The notes beneath the pieces were generated by a model. That model was given only the letters and a program-made list of their open reading frames with translations. It was not told the DNA's origin and did not search any database. Shown here piece after piece: positions 18,466 through 27,362 of a DNA stretch of 64,000 nucleotides. This DNA comes from a virus. The stretch's first letter is position 1. Each line of letters opens with the position of its first letter. Location: the IMG/VR virus record IMGVR_UViG_3300010371_000034, positions 1 through 64,000 of that record. One strand, 5' to 3'. Made by a program: the position numbers and the translations under genes.

Positions 18466-18957
18466 TCACACGCTCCTCAGCCTGAAGTTCTTGCCGATGA
18501 TCCGCACCAGGTCCTTGCGGTAGCGCCTAAGCGTCGGGACCACGAACTTGTGGTGGTCGCTCTCCAGCGCCTTGGGGTAGTTGAACCCCCTGGGGCTGCG
18601 GGCCTTTACGCCCACCACTGCGGTAGGCTGCAACTTGCCGAACAGCTTGCGTGGCTTATTGCCAGACCCTTGCACCCCTCCGCCCGGCTGGTGTATCGCG
18701 TAGGTGATGCTCTGCCGCAGCTTGCCGCTCAGCTTCCGGGGAGGTGCCCCGTGGATCGCTCGCACCTTGGCCCGGTAGCTGATGTCGCCCAACCGAGACA
18801 CCGACCGTTTGCGAGGGGCCGGAACGCTTACCACTTCCTTCAGCCGGGCGGCGAAGAATATCGCCGCGGCCTTGGTGCCCTTTCCAGCGCTGCGCATCAC
18901 CTGGTCAGCTATCCGGGCCGCTATCACCCTGATTTGCTGTCTGGGATCAGTCGGCAT
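18466..18957 (-). CDS. HK97 gp10-like neck protein
   Basis: PPRKLSGKLRQSI...YPKALE...FVVPTL. Confidence 0.7.
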   Translation of the reverse strand: MPTDPRQQIRVIAARIADQVMRSAGKGTKAAAIFFAARLKEVVSVPAPRKRSVSRLGDISYRAKVRAIHGAPPRKLSGKLRQSITYAIHQPGGGVQGSGNKPRKLFGKLQPTAVVGVKARSPRGFNYPKALESDHHKFVVPTLRRYRKDLVRIIGKNFRLRSV

Positions 18958-19330
18958 AGGGCGACTCCATCGGCACGTCCGACGCGTCGATCAGTTCGCA
19001 GTCGACCGACCACAGCTGTCCCCTGGCAACCGGCTGAGCCCTTCCCATCACGTTGTAGTGGTTGGTCAGCTCAAGCGTTTCGTCCGTCGCCACGATTCGG
19101 TCGTTCTTGGTGGTTCCTGGGTCGTCGGCGAAGTACAGCGTGGTTGACAGCGAGGCATTGTTCTGGCCGTACAGAATCTTGCTCATCACGCCCGCCTGCT
19201 GCTGCGAGCAGGGGACCTGGAAGGCGATCCGGGACCAGTTCTGCACGGTCCCCTGCGCGGCGTCCCTGGACACGCTGGTCGGCCGGTATATGTCAGCGAC
19301 CGAGTCCATCATCGTTGTCCAAAGAGACAT
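18947..19330 (-). CDS. Head closure (stopper) protein
   Basis: ADIYRPT...VPCS...NDRIV; follows the adaptor. Confidence 0.65.
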   Translation of the reverse strand: MSLWTTMMDSVADIYRPTSVSRDAAQGTVQNWSRIAFQVPCSQQQAGVMSKILYGQNNASLSTTLYFADDPGTTKNDRIVATDETLELTNHYNVMGRAQPVARGQLWSVDCELIDASDVPMESPYAD

Positions 19331-19335
19331 AGCAA

Positions 19336-20331
19336 TCACCAAGAAATATCGCGATACCGGCTGAGCACGCTGCGGTTGTTGTCCAGGTCCAGGAACTCCG
19401 GGCTGGTCAACACGCTGTAGCTCCATGCTCCTAGATTGGCGCTGGATAGCTCGGAGCCCATCGGCATGTTGCGGACCATAGCCGCCACCAGCTTGGTCGC
19501 CACGTTCTGGACGTCGTAGGGCACCGTCGCGTAGCCTGAGCTGTAGCAGACCTTGATGTTGCGGTAGCCCCTGGGCCAGCACGGCAGCCGGTAGCTCGAC
19601 AGCTTGTCGTTGCCTCCCCAGACCGAGGGGTAGCTGCCGATGAAACCCGCCGCCATGAACCCGCCGATCCTGCGCAGCGTGCCCGCGTAGCTCTTGCGCT
19701 GCTCCCTGTCGGTGTCCACCATGAAGTTGACGCCCTGTATCTGCAAGGTCTGCGGTCCGAACGGTCCCTGCCCGCTGGCGTATGGCGACACCCCAGATGG
19801 AGCCTGCGCGGCGTATGCCGTCGGGTCGAACCACACCGCCGGCTGGCTGACCGAGTTCAGCCCCATCTGCGAGCTCAGCGTGCCTGACCCGCCGACGCAT
19901 CCCGTCAGCGAGGTCGGGGTGGTGCCGCTGTAGGTGAACGTCGTCCAGGTCGCTGCCCCTGTCTGCACCGCAGCGCACGGCTGCTGCCCGTCGCGGTTGG
20001 CCGGATCGAACATCGGGCCGCCGCTGTCGTCCAGCGTGGTCGCCACGTTCAGGTCCCAGCTGCTGCCGTCAGTCGGAATCTCGAAGCCGCTGGAGGCTGC
20101 CGCCACCGTCGTCGTGCCCGACCACACCGGAAACTGCCTGAGCACTATCTGCGGCATGTTGTTGCCGTCGTAGTACTCCGTCCGCGCTTGCAGCTCGATG
20201 TCCTGCCTGCACCAGCTCTTGATCGATAGGTCGGCGGACAGTACCAGCTGCTGTAGCCACTGGTTGGTCACCTTGGCGGATGACTTGACGCTCGGCACCA
20301 GCCGGCACAGTTCTATGGTTGTCAGCGGCAT
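19336..20331 (-). CDS. Head-tail adaptor with inserted domain
   Basis: IKSWCRQD, TEYYDG, LRQFPV, NIKVCYSSGYATVPYDVQ, GAWSYS. Confidence 0.75.
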   Translation of the reverse strand: MPLTTIELCRLVPSVKSSAKVTNQWLQQLVLSADLSIKSWCRQDIELQARTEYYDGNNMPQIVLRQFPVWSGTTTVAAASSGFEIPTDGSSWDLNVATTLDDSGGPMFDPANRDGQQPCAAVQTGAATWTTFTYSGTTPTSLTGCVGGSGTLSSQMGLNSVSQPAVWFDPTAYAAQAPSGVSPYASGQGPFGPQTLQIQGVNFMVDTDREQRKSYAGTLRRIGGFMAAGFIGSYPSVWGGNDKLSSYRLPCWPRGYRNIKVCYSSGYATVPYDVQNVATKLVAAMVRNMPMGSELSSANLGAWSYSVLTSPEFLDLDNNRSVLSRYRDISW

Positions 20332-20340
20332 CGCCGGTCC

Positions 20341-20694
20341 TCACGCTGCCGCGGTTGACTTCGCGGCGGCCTGGTCGCGAGCGCGCTGGATCGACACTGC
20401 CTCGTGCATCGGGTGCGTCCAGGAAACCGGGTTGCAGACGACCTGCGTGATCTCCAGCGGGTCCGCTCCGTCCTTCTGCGGCAGCTGCGTCGTCTTCTTG
20501 GCGGTGCCGGTCTTGGGACCCTCGCCGGCCGGGTCCGACCAGAACGAGTTGCCAAGCTCGTCACGCCCCTGCTCGGTCCAGCCGGCCTCGTTGAGGTACT
20601 TGCGGGCTTCGTCGGCCGGCAACGGACGCCCCGCGCCTGGCCGGGTCATCGGCGGCACCTCAACCTGCATCTGGTTCGGTTTGTCTTTCGCCAT
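20341..20694 (-). CDS. Hypothetical protein, paralog of 23664..23909
   Basis: LNEAGW...EAVSIQRAR. Confidence 0.6.
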   Translation of the reverse strand: MAKDKPNQMQVEVPPMTRPGAGRPLPADEARKYLNEAGWTEQGRDELGNSFWSDPAGEGPKTGTAKKTTQLPQKDGADPLEITQVVCNPVSWTHPMHEAVSIQRARDQAAAKSTAAA

Positions 20695-20698
20695 GTCG

Positions 20699-20881
20699 TC
20701 ACTCCTGATCTTCTGGGTAGTTGGGGCGACCCTGCTTCCACCACTCGCCGTCGGCCACGTCCGAGCGGTCGAGCTCGTTCAACCTGTGCCTGATCCTGCG
20801 CACGTCCGTCGCCAACCCCACCAGCGTCACCAGTATCAGCAGGAAGGACGTGGCGCACATCGCCAGCAGCAACAGCTCCAT
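20699..20881 (-). CDS. Small membrane protein
   Basis: N-terminal hydrophobic helix. Confidence 0.55.
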   Translation of the reverse strand: MELLLLAMCATSFLLILVTLVGLATDVRRIRHRLNELDRSDVADGEWWKQGRPNYPEDQE

Positions 20882-20882
20882 C

Positions 20883-22337
20883 TCATTGCTCCTTCTTGGG
20901 CTCCCACTGCGGGGCCGAGTCTTTGTCGTATTCGTACTCGCCCCACGTGGTGTCGTTGGTGAAGTCCGCTATCCCCTGGTGCCGCAGCCGCACCTTCTTG
21001 GTGATGAACGTCCGGGCGCCCAGCTGGGCGAGCTGCCGGGAAAAGAACCAGTCCTCGCTCTCCCTGCGGTTGACCCACTTGCCGGTGTCCTTGTCGCGGA
21101 CGATGTCCGTGGGGAAGTCGAACCACGCGGTCAGCCGCCCTTGCGCATCGGTCTTGTAGAAGGGGTTGGCGTTGACGTTGTCGACCATCCTCGGCCGCAG
21201 GTCCGCGACGAAGCAGCCCGTGTTGTGCAGCAGCACCGCGTCGGCGTGCACCTTAGGGTCGGCGCCCCGCCAATCGAGCAGGCGCTTCAGGTCCTCGCAG
21301 CCGAACGTCGCGGGCAGCTTCTGTACCAGCTCCCGCACCGTCAGCCGGCGGAAGCTGCCCCAGCGGTTGCTCGGCGTTCCCAGTCCGCAGTTCATCACGC
21401 CCCGCAGGTCCTTCATCGCGCATGCGACCGACACCAGGTCGGCCTTCTTGTCCTCGCACTCGTCGACCAGGATGTCCAGCCAGCCCGCCTGCGGCTTGCA
21501 GTCGCTGTGCAGCATCACCGCGTGGCTGATCTCGCCGGCCTCGGCCCGGTTGAGCGCCCTGGCCCACATCGCGTTGAAGTCGTCCCAGCCGTTGCCGTTG
21601 TTGTCGAGGTCCACTCGGTGCAGCCCGATGCTGGCGTGGGCCACCGCCTCGGTGGTTCCCCAGCTGAAGGTGTGCCCTGGGCACATCAGCTGCACGGTGC
21701 GAGGAATGCTCCTGCGCTTCTGGAACACGATCGCGCTGTCGATCCGGTCGAGCAGCCTGAACTCCTGCGGCCTCGACAGCACGCGGTTGTCGAGCGCCTC
21801 AACCACCCCTGGGTCGGTCGTCGTGCAGTCGTGCATCATCACGAAGCCGCCGTCCGCCACCTTGGGCAGCCACACGTCCAGGTCTCGGCAGACCGCCTGA
21901 AAGCTGTGGTCGCCGTCGATGAACAGCACCGCTATGCCGTCGGGCACGTGCTGCGAGCCGCTAGCGCTGTCGTAGTGGACCATCTTGACCGCCCCGTTGA
22001 CTCCTGCGGCGTCAAGGTTCCTGCGCAGCAGCTCCGGCCCGGTCCTCTCGACCTCGGGCGCCAGGTTGCCCAGGCTGGTCTTGCGGGCGTCGGCTATCTG
22101 GTAGAACGGGTCCACCGCGTATACCGAGTGGCCCTTGCCGGCCATGCTGCCCAAACCAAGCGCTGCCGTCGAGCGACCCTTCCACGAGCCGATCTCGACG
22201 ATGTGCCCGGTCGACCGAACTGCCAGACCGTACAGCGCCTCGGCCTCCGACCTGGTCAACCAACCGTCGATGCCGGTCACCTTGTCCATTGCCTCGTCCC
22301 GCCTGACTTCGGCGGGAGTCTTCGTTGCCTCTGCCAT
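20883..22337 (-). CDS. Class I SAM methyltransferase fused to C-terminal GT-A-like glycosyltransferase
   Basis: IVEIGSWKGRST, LFIDGDH, GGFVMMHD; then VMLHSD, NTGCF, EDWFFSR. Confidence 0.85.
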   Translation of the reverse strand: MAEATKTPAEVRRDEAMDKVTGIDGWLTRSEAEALYGLAVRSTGHIVEIGSWKGRSTAALGLGSMAGKGHSVYAVDPFYQIADARKTSLGNLAPEVERTGPELLRRNLDAAGVNGAVKMVHYDSASGSQHVPDGIAVLFIDGDHSFQAVCRDLDVWLPKVADGGFVMMHDCTTTDPGVVEALDNRVLSRPQEFRLLDRIDSAIVFQKRRSIPRTVQLMCPGHTFSWGTTEAVAHASIGLHRVDLDNNGNGWDDFNAMWARALNRAEAGEISHAVMLHSDCKPQAGWLDILVDECEDKKADLVSVACAMKDLRGVMNCGLGTPSNRWGSFRRLTVRELVQKLPATFGCEDLKRLLDWRGADPKVHADAVLLHNTGCFVADLRPRMVDNVNANPFYKTDAQGRLTAWFDFPTDIVRDKDTGKWVNRRESEDWFFSRQLAQLGARTFITKKVRLRHQGIADFTNDTTWGEYEYDKDSAPQWEPKKEQ

Positions 22338-22399
22338 ATCAACGCTCCTGTGGCTTCCCCACGAGGGTCGCCAGTTGATGTAAAGGGCGATCGGTTGGT

Positions 22400-23110
22400 T
22401 TAGACGATGGTCTCCGGGTCGGTGTACCACTGCGTCGCGGACACCGCCGTGAACACCCGCTGGCCGAGGTTGGGCACGTTGTAGACCGCGTTGGCAGCCG
22501 CGCCGTTGATCTTGGACCCCACCTGCGGGAATATCTGCAAGGTGCTGCCCGACGTGGTGCTCTTGACCGTCACCTTTTCGCCGGCCACCGCAACCGGCAG
22601 CAACGCAGCCGCGGCATTGTTGGCCCCGGAGATGTAGCTAAACTGGCTTGGGTTGCCGGCCGACAGCGCCGTGGCGTTGCCGATCGCGGTGCCACCCGCG
22701 GCCACCGAGTACACCGGCTCGTAGGGAGCAGTGCCGGAGGTCTGGAGAACGCCGCTGCCGTCGAACACCGACACCGAGAAGTTCTGCACCGGCGGGGTGT
22801 TGCCCGGCCCGGCGCCCGTGCCGGTCAGGTCGTAGTCCACCGTGGTCGCGGTGGTGGTGTCGGCGAACAGCGAGTCGTTGGACTCCATCGGGATGCCGCT
22901 GATGACCGCGGACCCGCTCACCGGGATCGTGACTGAGCCCGGCAGCGTGCGGGCGGTGCCGCCGTTGCGCTTGACCTCCAGCGTGACCACCTGGGCCACC
23001 GAGGAGGAGGTGTTGCGAAGCCGCAGCGACCAGTAATCGGACTGCGTCGCGGTGGCGAGCGCCGTGGTCAGCGCGGTGGGCAGCTGCCCGTTGGCAATCA
23101 ATAAGCTCAT
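22400..23110 (-). CDS. Head decoration/fibre-like protein
   Basis: Beta-rich two-domain protein following the capsid genes. Confidence 0.55.
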   Translation of the reverse strand: MSLLIANGQLPTALTTALATATQSDYWSLRLRNTSSSVAQVVTLEVKRNGGTARTLPGSVTIPVSGSAVISGIPMESNDSLFADTTTATTVDYDLTGTGAGPGNTPPVQNFSVSVFDGSGVLQTSGTAPYEPVYSVAAGGTAIGNATALSAGNPSQFSYISGANNAAAALLPVAVAGEKVTVKSTTSGSTLQIFPQVGSKINGAAANAVYNVPNLGQRVFTAVSATQWYTDPETIV

Positions 23111-23152
23111 GCGTTGTTTCCCCTTATGCTCCTGGCCGTGGTTTGTTATTGG

Positions 23153-23617
23153 TTACTGAGCGACCACTTTGCTGGTCCAGGTCACGTCGTCCTCCTGGTT
23201 GCCCGGAGACTGCGAGGAGCAGTCGGCGATCAGGAACCCGTGGACCGGGGCGTCGTGGCTGGCGGTCTCGGCCACCAGTCCCTTGACCCAGCTCATGCCG
23301 GCTCCCAGCTGGTCGGCCCGCACCTCGATCGACACCGGCGTGTTGGCCGTGTTGACGCCGGTGAGCGCGGGGTTGGTCGTCGGGCAGTTGATCGCCGTGT
23401 AGGTGCCGTTCTGCGTGTTGGACTGGACGATGCTGGCGTTGATCAGCGAGGACGCGTTGATCGCGCCCAGCGAGCAGATCAGCCGGACCCGCCGCATGAT
23501 GCTCATGTTGATCGCGCCGGTCGAGGCGTTGGCAGTGGCGCCGTTGTTGAGCGTCTGCGGCGGAAACTCCGCATACGCCTGACCCTCGGTCAGCTGTTCC
23601 GTGAAATCGCGAGGCAT
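23153..23617 (-). CDS. Capsid cement/decoration-like protein
   Basis: 154-aa beta-sandwich-like sequence near the MCP genes; RBS GAGGAG. Confidence 0.6.
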   Translation of the reverse strand: MPRDFTEQLTEGQAYAEFPPQTLNNGATANASTGAINMSIMRRVRLICSLGAINASSLINASIVQSNTQNGTYTAINCPTTNPALTGVNTANTPVSIEVRADQLGAGMSWVKGLVAETASHDAPVHGFLIADCSSQSPGNQEDDVTWTSKVVAQ

Positions 23618-23663
23618 TGCACTGTCTCCTCTGTAGGGTTACGTGTTGTTGTCGGTTGGTTCG

Positions 23664-23909
23664 TTACACCCTGCGCTTCTTGGCCAGGCTGACTGCCGCG
23701 TCGAACGAGCGCACGGTGCCCTCGTCGACGTGGGCCACCTGCGATCCCTCCTTGCAGCGGAAGGACTTGGCACACTTCCACTTGCCGTCGGGCTGCTTGT
23801 CCCAGCCGGCCTCGGTGAGCTCGGCCTCGGTCATCGGTGGCGGGGCGGCCACGGGCTTGGCGGTGTTGGCAGCCTTCGGAGTCTGGGCTTGTGGTTTTTC
23901 GTCGGCCAT
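23664..23909 (-). CDS. Hypothetical protein
   Basis: LTEAGW...DAAVSLAKKR. Confidence 0.6.
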   Translation of the reverse strand: MADEKPQAQTPKAANTAKPVAAPPPMTEAELTEAGWDKQPDGKWKCAKSFRCKEGSQVAHVDEGTVRSFDAAVSLAKKRRV

Positions 23910-23920
23910 GTCATGTCTCC

Positions 23921-25027
23921 CTAGTTGAGCACCACGATGCTGCTTACTTGCGAGCCGGCAGCGTCGGGCAAGGTAACGAAGTTGTCAAGAATCGGTTTGC
24001 CGTCCTGCCGCAGCCACACCCGGAACATCGCTTGGTTGCGCTGGAAGGCGCTGGTGTTTGTCGAGTACGGCGCATGCTCGGACACGTCGATCACCACCTG
24101 CATCCGGTCGCCGATCGCGTACAGCGACGGGTCGGTCAGGATCAGGTCGCCCTTGGTGCCGATAGCCGGCAGCTTGTCGGTGACGTACAGCGGCCGGTTG
24201 GCCAGGTATCCCACGCACTCATCGGCGTCGTCCCGCCGGTTGATGTTCGGTATGTAGCCGGTGATCCCTATGATGTCGGCCAGCGCCGTCACCGAGCAGC
24301 ACCATATCGCGTTGGCCCAGCCCATCGGCAGCAGCATGGCCACCATCGCCTTGACGTCGGCCTGAGCGATATGGTTGGAGCCAGCCCTGTTTTGCAGCAG
24401 CGCGCACGGGGCGTTTAGCATGCCCAGCGGCAGGGAGTTGGCCGCGCCCGTGCCGTTGAAGAACGCGTACTCCGCGTACCACGCTCCCGCCTGTCCGAAG
24501 TTCTGTAGCAGCCGGTCATCGGCGCCAGGACCCATGTCCATCAGCAGTTGGTTGGAAGCGATCGCGTAGTACAGGTTGTCCCAGGCGTGCAGCGTCATTG
24601 AACGGAACTGCGGCTCGAACTCGTTGGCGCTGAGCAGCCCCATCTGGGCGCCCCAGGTCGACAGGATGCCGCCGAAGAACGGCACGGTGCCGGCGGCCTG
24701 CGCGGTGGTCGCGTCCAGCATCGGGCAGGTCATCTCCAGCGACGCCATCGGCTGCACGTGAGCCCTGCGATAGATGATCGACCGCTCAGCCAGTGGCTTG
24801 ATGAACCGGGCGGTGTAGTCCATCGGCACCAGCCAACCGCCGGCGGCGCCCGACAGCTCGTCGTTGGCGGCAGACTTCTGTACGGAAGTGTGGACGCCAC
24901 CCTGCCGCTCGATCGCGTCGGGGTTGCCGCGCGCGACCGCCCGCAGGAACCCGCCGAAGGACTTGCGTTCTTCGGTAAGTCCTGAACCGTTGCGGGTCGG
25001 TACCGTTCTGTCGATGACTGCCGCCAT
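23921..25027 (-). CDS. Second HK97-fold capsid protein
   Basis: GGWLVP, SNQLLMD, AFFNGTG...PLGML, GDLILTD, FQRNQ...RQDGKP. Confidence 0.9.
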   Translation of the reverse strand: MAAVIDRTVPTRNGSGLTEERKSFGGFLRAVARGNPDAIERQGGVHTSVQKSAANDELSGAAGGWLVPMDYTARFIKPLAERSIIYRRAHVQPMASLEMTCPMLDATTAQAAGTVPFFGGILSTWGAQMGLLSANEFEPQFRSMTLHAWDNLYYAIASNQLLMDMGPGADDRLLQNFGQAGAWYAEYAFFNGTGAANSLPLGMLNAPCALLQNRAGSNHIAQADVKAMVAMLLPMGWANAIWCCSVTALADIIGITGYIPNINRRDDADECVGYLANRPLYVTDKLPAIGTKGDLILTDPSLYAIGDRMQVVIDVSEHAPYSTNTSAFQRNQAMFRVWLRQDGKPILDNFVTLPDAAGSQVSSIVVLN

Positions 25028-25101
25028 GTTGGGTGCCCGGTTTGTTGGTTATTTGTGTCGGCCTGCGGTATCGGCTCAGCCCGACTGCCAGCCGTTGGTT
25101 G

Positions 25102-26520
25102 TCAGTGCAGCACGACGAACGGGCTGATTTGCCACCCTTGGGCATCCTGAATCGGTTGCTGGAGCCAGGGCTTGCCGTCGCAGCGCGTGATAACCCTCCA
25201 CATCAGCTGGTTGCTCTGGAACAGCACGTGCGGGCTGACGTCGATCTGCATGTCCATGCGGTTGCCGACCACGTACCGGCTGAAGTCCGACAGCATCACG
25301 TCGCCCGTGGTGCCCAGCGTCGGCAGGCACTCGGTTAAGTACACCGGCAGGCCGTTGAAGAACACCATCGGCAGCTTCATCGCGGCCGGCCCGACCTGCC
25401 CGTTGCCGAACGGGCTGACCCAGATCAGCTGGTTGCGGGTAGAGTTGTCCACCATCTGCGCCAGCTCCGGCAGCACGCTCTGGTGCATGATCCAGCAGGC
25501 GGTGTCCCAGCTCCTGATCTGCGCGTGCGCCATCATCGCGCAGGCGTCGGCGTACTTGAAGTGTCCGGGGGTCGTGCGGCCCTGGAGCAGCGTCGCGGGA
25601 CTGTTGATGATGCCCAGCGGCATCGAGGCGCCGGCACCGAGGCCCTGGAGGAAGGCGTACTGCTTGTAAAAGCCGATGCCCCAGCCGAACAGCTGTGTCA
25701 GCAGCGCGTCCAGGCCGATGCCGTTGTCGGCGAGCAACTGGTTGGAGGAAACCGTCACGCCCACCAAGTCCCACGCGGTCCAAGTTGACTGGCGGAACTG
25801 CGGCTGCGTCTGGTTGTAGGTGACCGCCTCCGGCTGCCACTGGAACAGGATGCCGCCGCCGTAGGGCGTGGTGCCCCGGCTCTGCGCGGTCATGATGTCC
25901 AGCATCGGCAGGTCCATCGTCCTGCTGTTCATCGGAATCTGCTTGCACCGCTGCTCGACGAAGGCGTCCTCGCCCGCGATCGTCTGGAGCTCGGCCATGA
26001 ACTGCGGCGGGATTGTGTAGCCGCCGGCCATGCCGCTGTTCTCGGCCAGCGCGGTCTTGCGGCGCTCGTTGAGCAGCACCTTCTTGGTCCGCGGGTCCCA
26101 GCCGGGGACGCCCTTCTCCTTGGCCTTGACCACCGGCGTGCAGCCGTATTGCGCCTCAAGCTTGTCAGCGTCGTAGTCGCTGGCCCAGTCCGGCAGGTTG
26201 CGGGCGTACGCCATCGCGTCCTTGTCGCCGGCCAGCGCGGCCATCTTGATGAAGCACGGACCCATGCCGCTGAGCCGCTTCTCCTTGCCCGCGGTCAGGT
26301 GGTTGACCGCCGCGGAAGCGTAGGCGCCGCCCAGGTTGGCGTACTTGTATTTGTCCACTTCCCACGGGCCGGGAGCCTCCTGCGCGAATCCGGTGAACAG
26401 GCCGCGGGGATCGACCCCCTTGGCGGGAGTGCGCTCCATCTCGTCCAGGCGCTTGGTCAGAGCCTTGGTCATCTCGACCGAGCCCATGATCAGTTTGGTT
26501 TCTTCGGCGGTCAGAGCCAT
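25102..26520 (-). CDS. Major capsid protein (HK97 fold) with N-terminal scaffold-like domain
   Basis: GGYTIPP, SSNQLLAD, AFLQGLG...PLGII, GDVMLSDFSRY, RCDGKP; RBS AGGGGAG. Confidence 0.92.
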   Translation of the reverse strand: MALTAEETKLIMGSVEMTKALTKRLDEMERTPAKGVDPRGLFTGFAQEAPGPWEVDKYKYANLGGAYASAAVNHLTAGKEKRLSGMGPCFIKMAALAGDKDAMAYARNLPDWASDYDADKLEAQYGCTPVVKAKEKGVPGWDPRTKKVLLNERRKTALAENSGMAGGYTIPPQFMAELQTIAGEDAFVEQRCKQIPMNSRTMDLPMLDIMTAQSRGTTPYGGGILFQWQPEAVTYNQTQPQFRQSTWTAWDLVGVTVSSNQLLADNGIGLDALLTQLFGWGIGFYKQYAFLQGLGAGASMPLGIINSPATLLQGRTTPGHFKYADACAMMAHAQIRSWDTACWIMHQSVLPELAQMVDNSTRNQLIWVSPFGNGQVGPAAMKLPMVFFNGLPVYLTECLPTLGTTGDVMLSDFSRYVVGNRMDMQIDVSPHVLFQSNQLMWRVITRCDGKPWLQQPIQDAQGWQISPFVVLH

Positions 26521-26534
26521 CTGTCGTCTCCCCT

Positions 26535-26591
26535 TTGTCAAAAGAAAAACCCGCGTTGACCGGCACCGTGCGGTGCAGCCATTCGCGGGTT
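26535..26591 (-). terminator. Terminator-like hairpin just upstream of the MCP RBS
   Basis: AACCCGCG...CGCGGGTT followed by TTTCTTTT. Confidence 0.5.
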
Positions 26592-26648
26592 CTGCGGGAG
26601 TCGCCACCAGGCGGGCCGCCGATAGTCCGTGTTCGGGTGTGTTGTCTT

Positions 26649-26831
26649 CTACTTCGCTTCCACCTTGCTCTCTATCCACGTCCGCCTGACGCAGCCCTCG
26701 TTCATCACGGCCCGCCAGGCTATCTCGCCGGTCACCTTGTCGGCCCGGCGGTTGATCAGGTCGCGCAGCACGGTCTCCGCCAGCTTGCGCTCCTGCTCGG
26801 TCGCCATCTTCAGCAGTTGGTCCATCGCCAT
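26649..26831 (-). CDS. Hypothetical protein
   Basis: MAMDQLLKMATEQ; coupled to the upstream stop. Confidence 0.55.
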   Translation of the reverse strand: MAMDQLLKMATEQERKLAETVLRDLINRRADKVTGEIAWRAVMNEGCVRRTWIESKVEAK

Positions 26832-27163
26832 TACTTGTCGACCCCCGCCATCTGCCGCAGCTGGGCCATCCGGGCCGCCCACTGCCCGTCCTCGGCGAAG
26901 TCCGGCGCGAGGTTGATCTCGACCGTGATCTTGCCGCCCTTGGTCAGCAGTATCTTGTGCAGCAGCTGGTCGTCTCGGCAATCGACTGCGAACACCAGAT
27001 GGCTCTCCAGCGAGGGTCCGTCCAGCTGCCCCGCATCTGCGAGCAGCGCATGCTCGATCGCTTGCAACACCGCCGCCAGCTTGGGCGACGGATCGGCCGC
27101 AGCAGAGACGGTCGGCACCTCACGGTGCTCGCTCCAAATCAGTCTTTTTAGCCACCGCGGCAT
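26831..27163 (-). CDS. Hypothetical protein
   Basis: 110-aa ORF in the operon. Confidence 0.55.
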   Translation of the reverse strand: MPRWLKRLIWSEHREVPTVSAAADPSPKLAAVLQAIEHALLADAGQLDGPSLESHLVFAVDCRDDQLLHKILLTKGGKITVEINLAPDFAEDGQWAARMAQLRQMAGVDK

Positions 27164-27362
27164 GTTGCCTCGCTATCATCGCCCTGGCCAGCTGCGCCCC
27201 CACCGCTCTCGCAGTGCAGCTGGTCGCGTACCTGGCGGCGAAACCCACTTCTCGTTTTATTCCGACCCCCGTAAGACTGCCGGTCATCACGTCGGCGTAT
27301 ACCCGGCCCCACAGCACCTGCCAGCCTGGCAGCACCGGCACGCCTGGGTATCTGTCCGTCAT
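27120..27362 (-). CDS. Hypothetical protein
   Basis: ATGA overlap with the protease stop. Confidence 0.45.
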   Translation of the reverse strand: MTDRYPGVPVLPGWQVLWGRVYADVMTGSLTGVGIKREVGFAARYATSCTARAVGAQLARAMIARQHAAVAKKTDLERAP

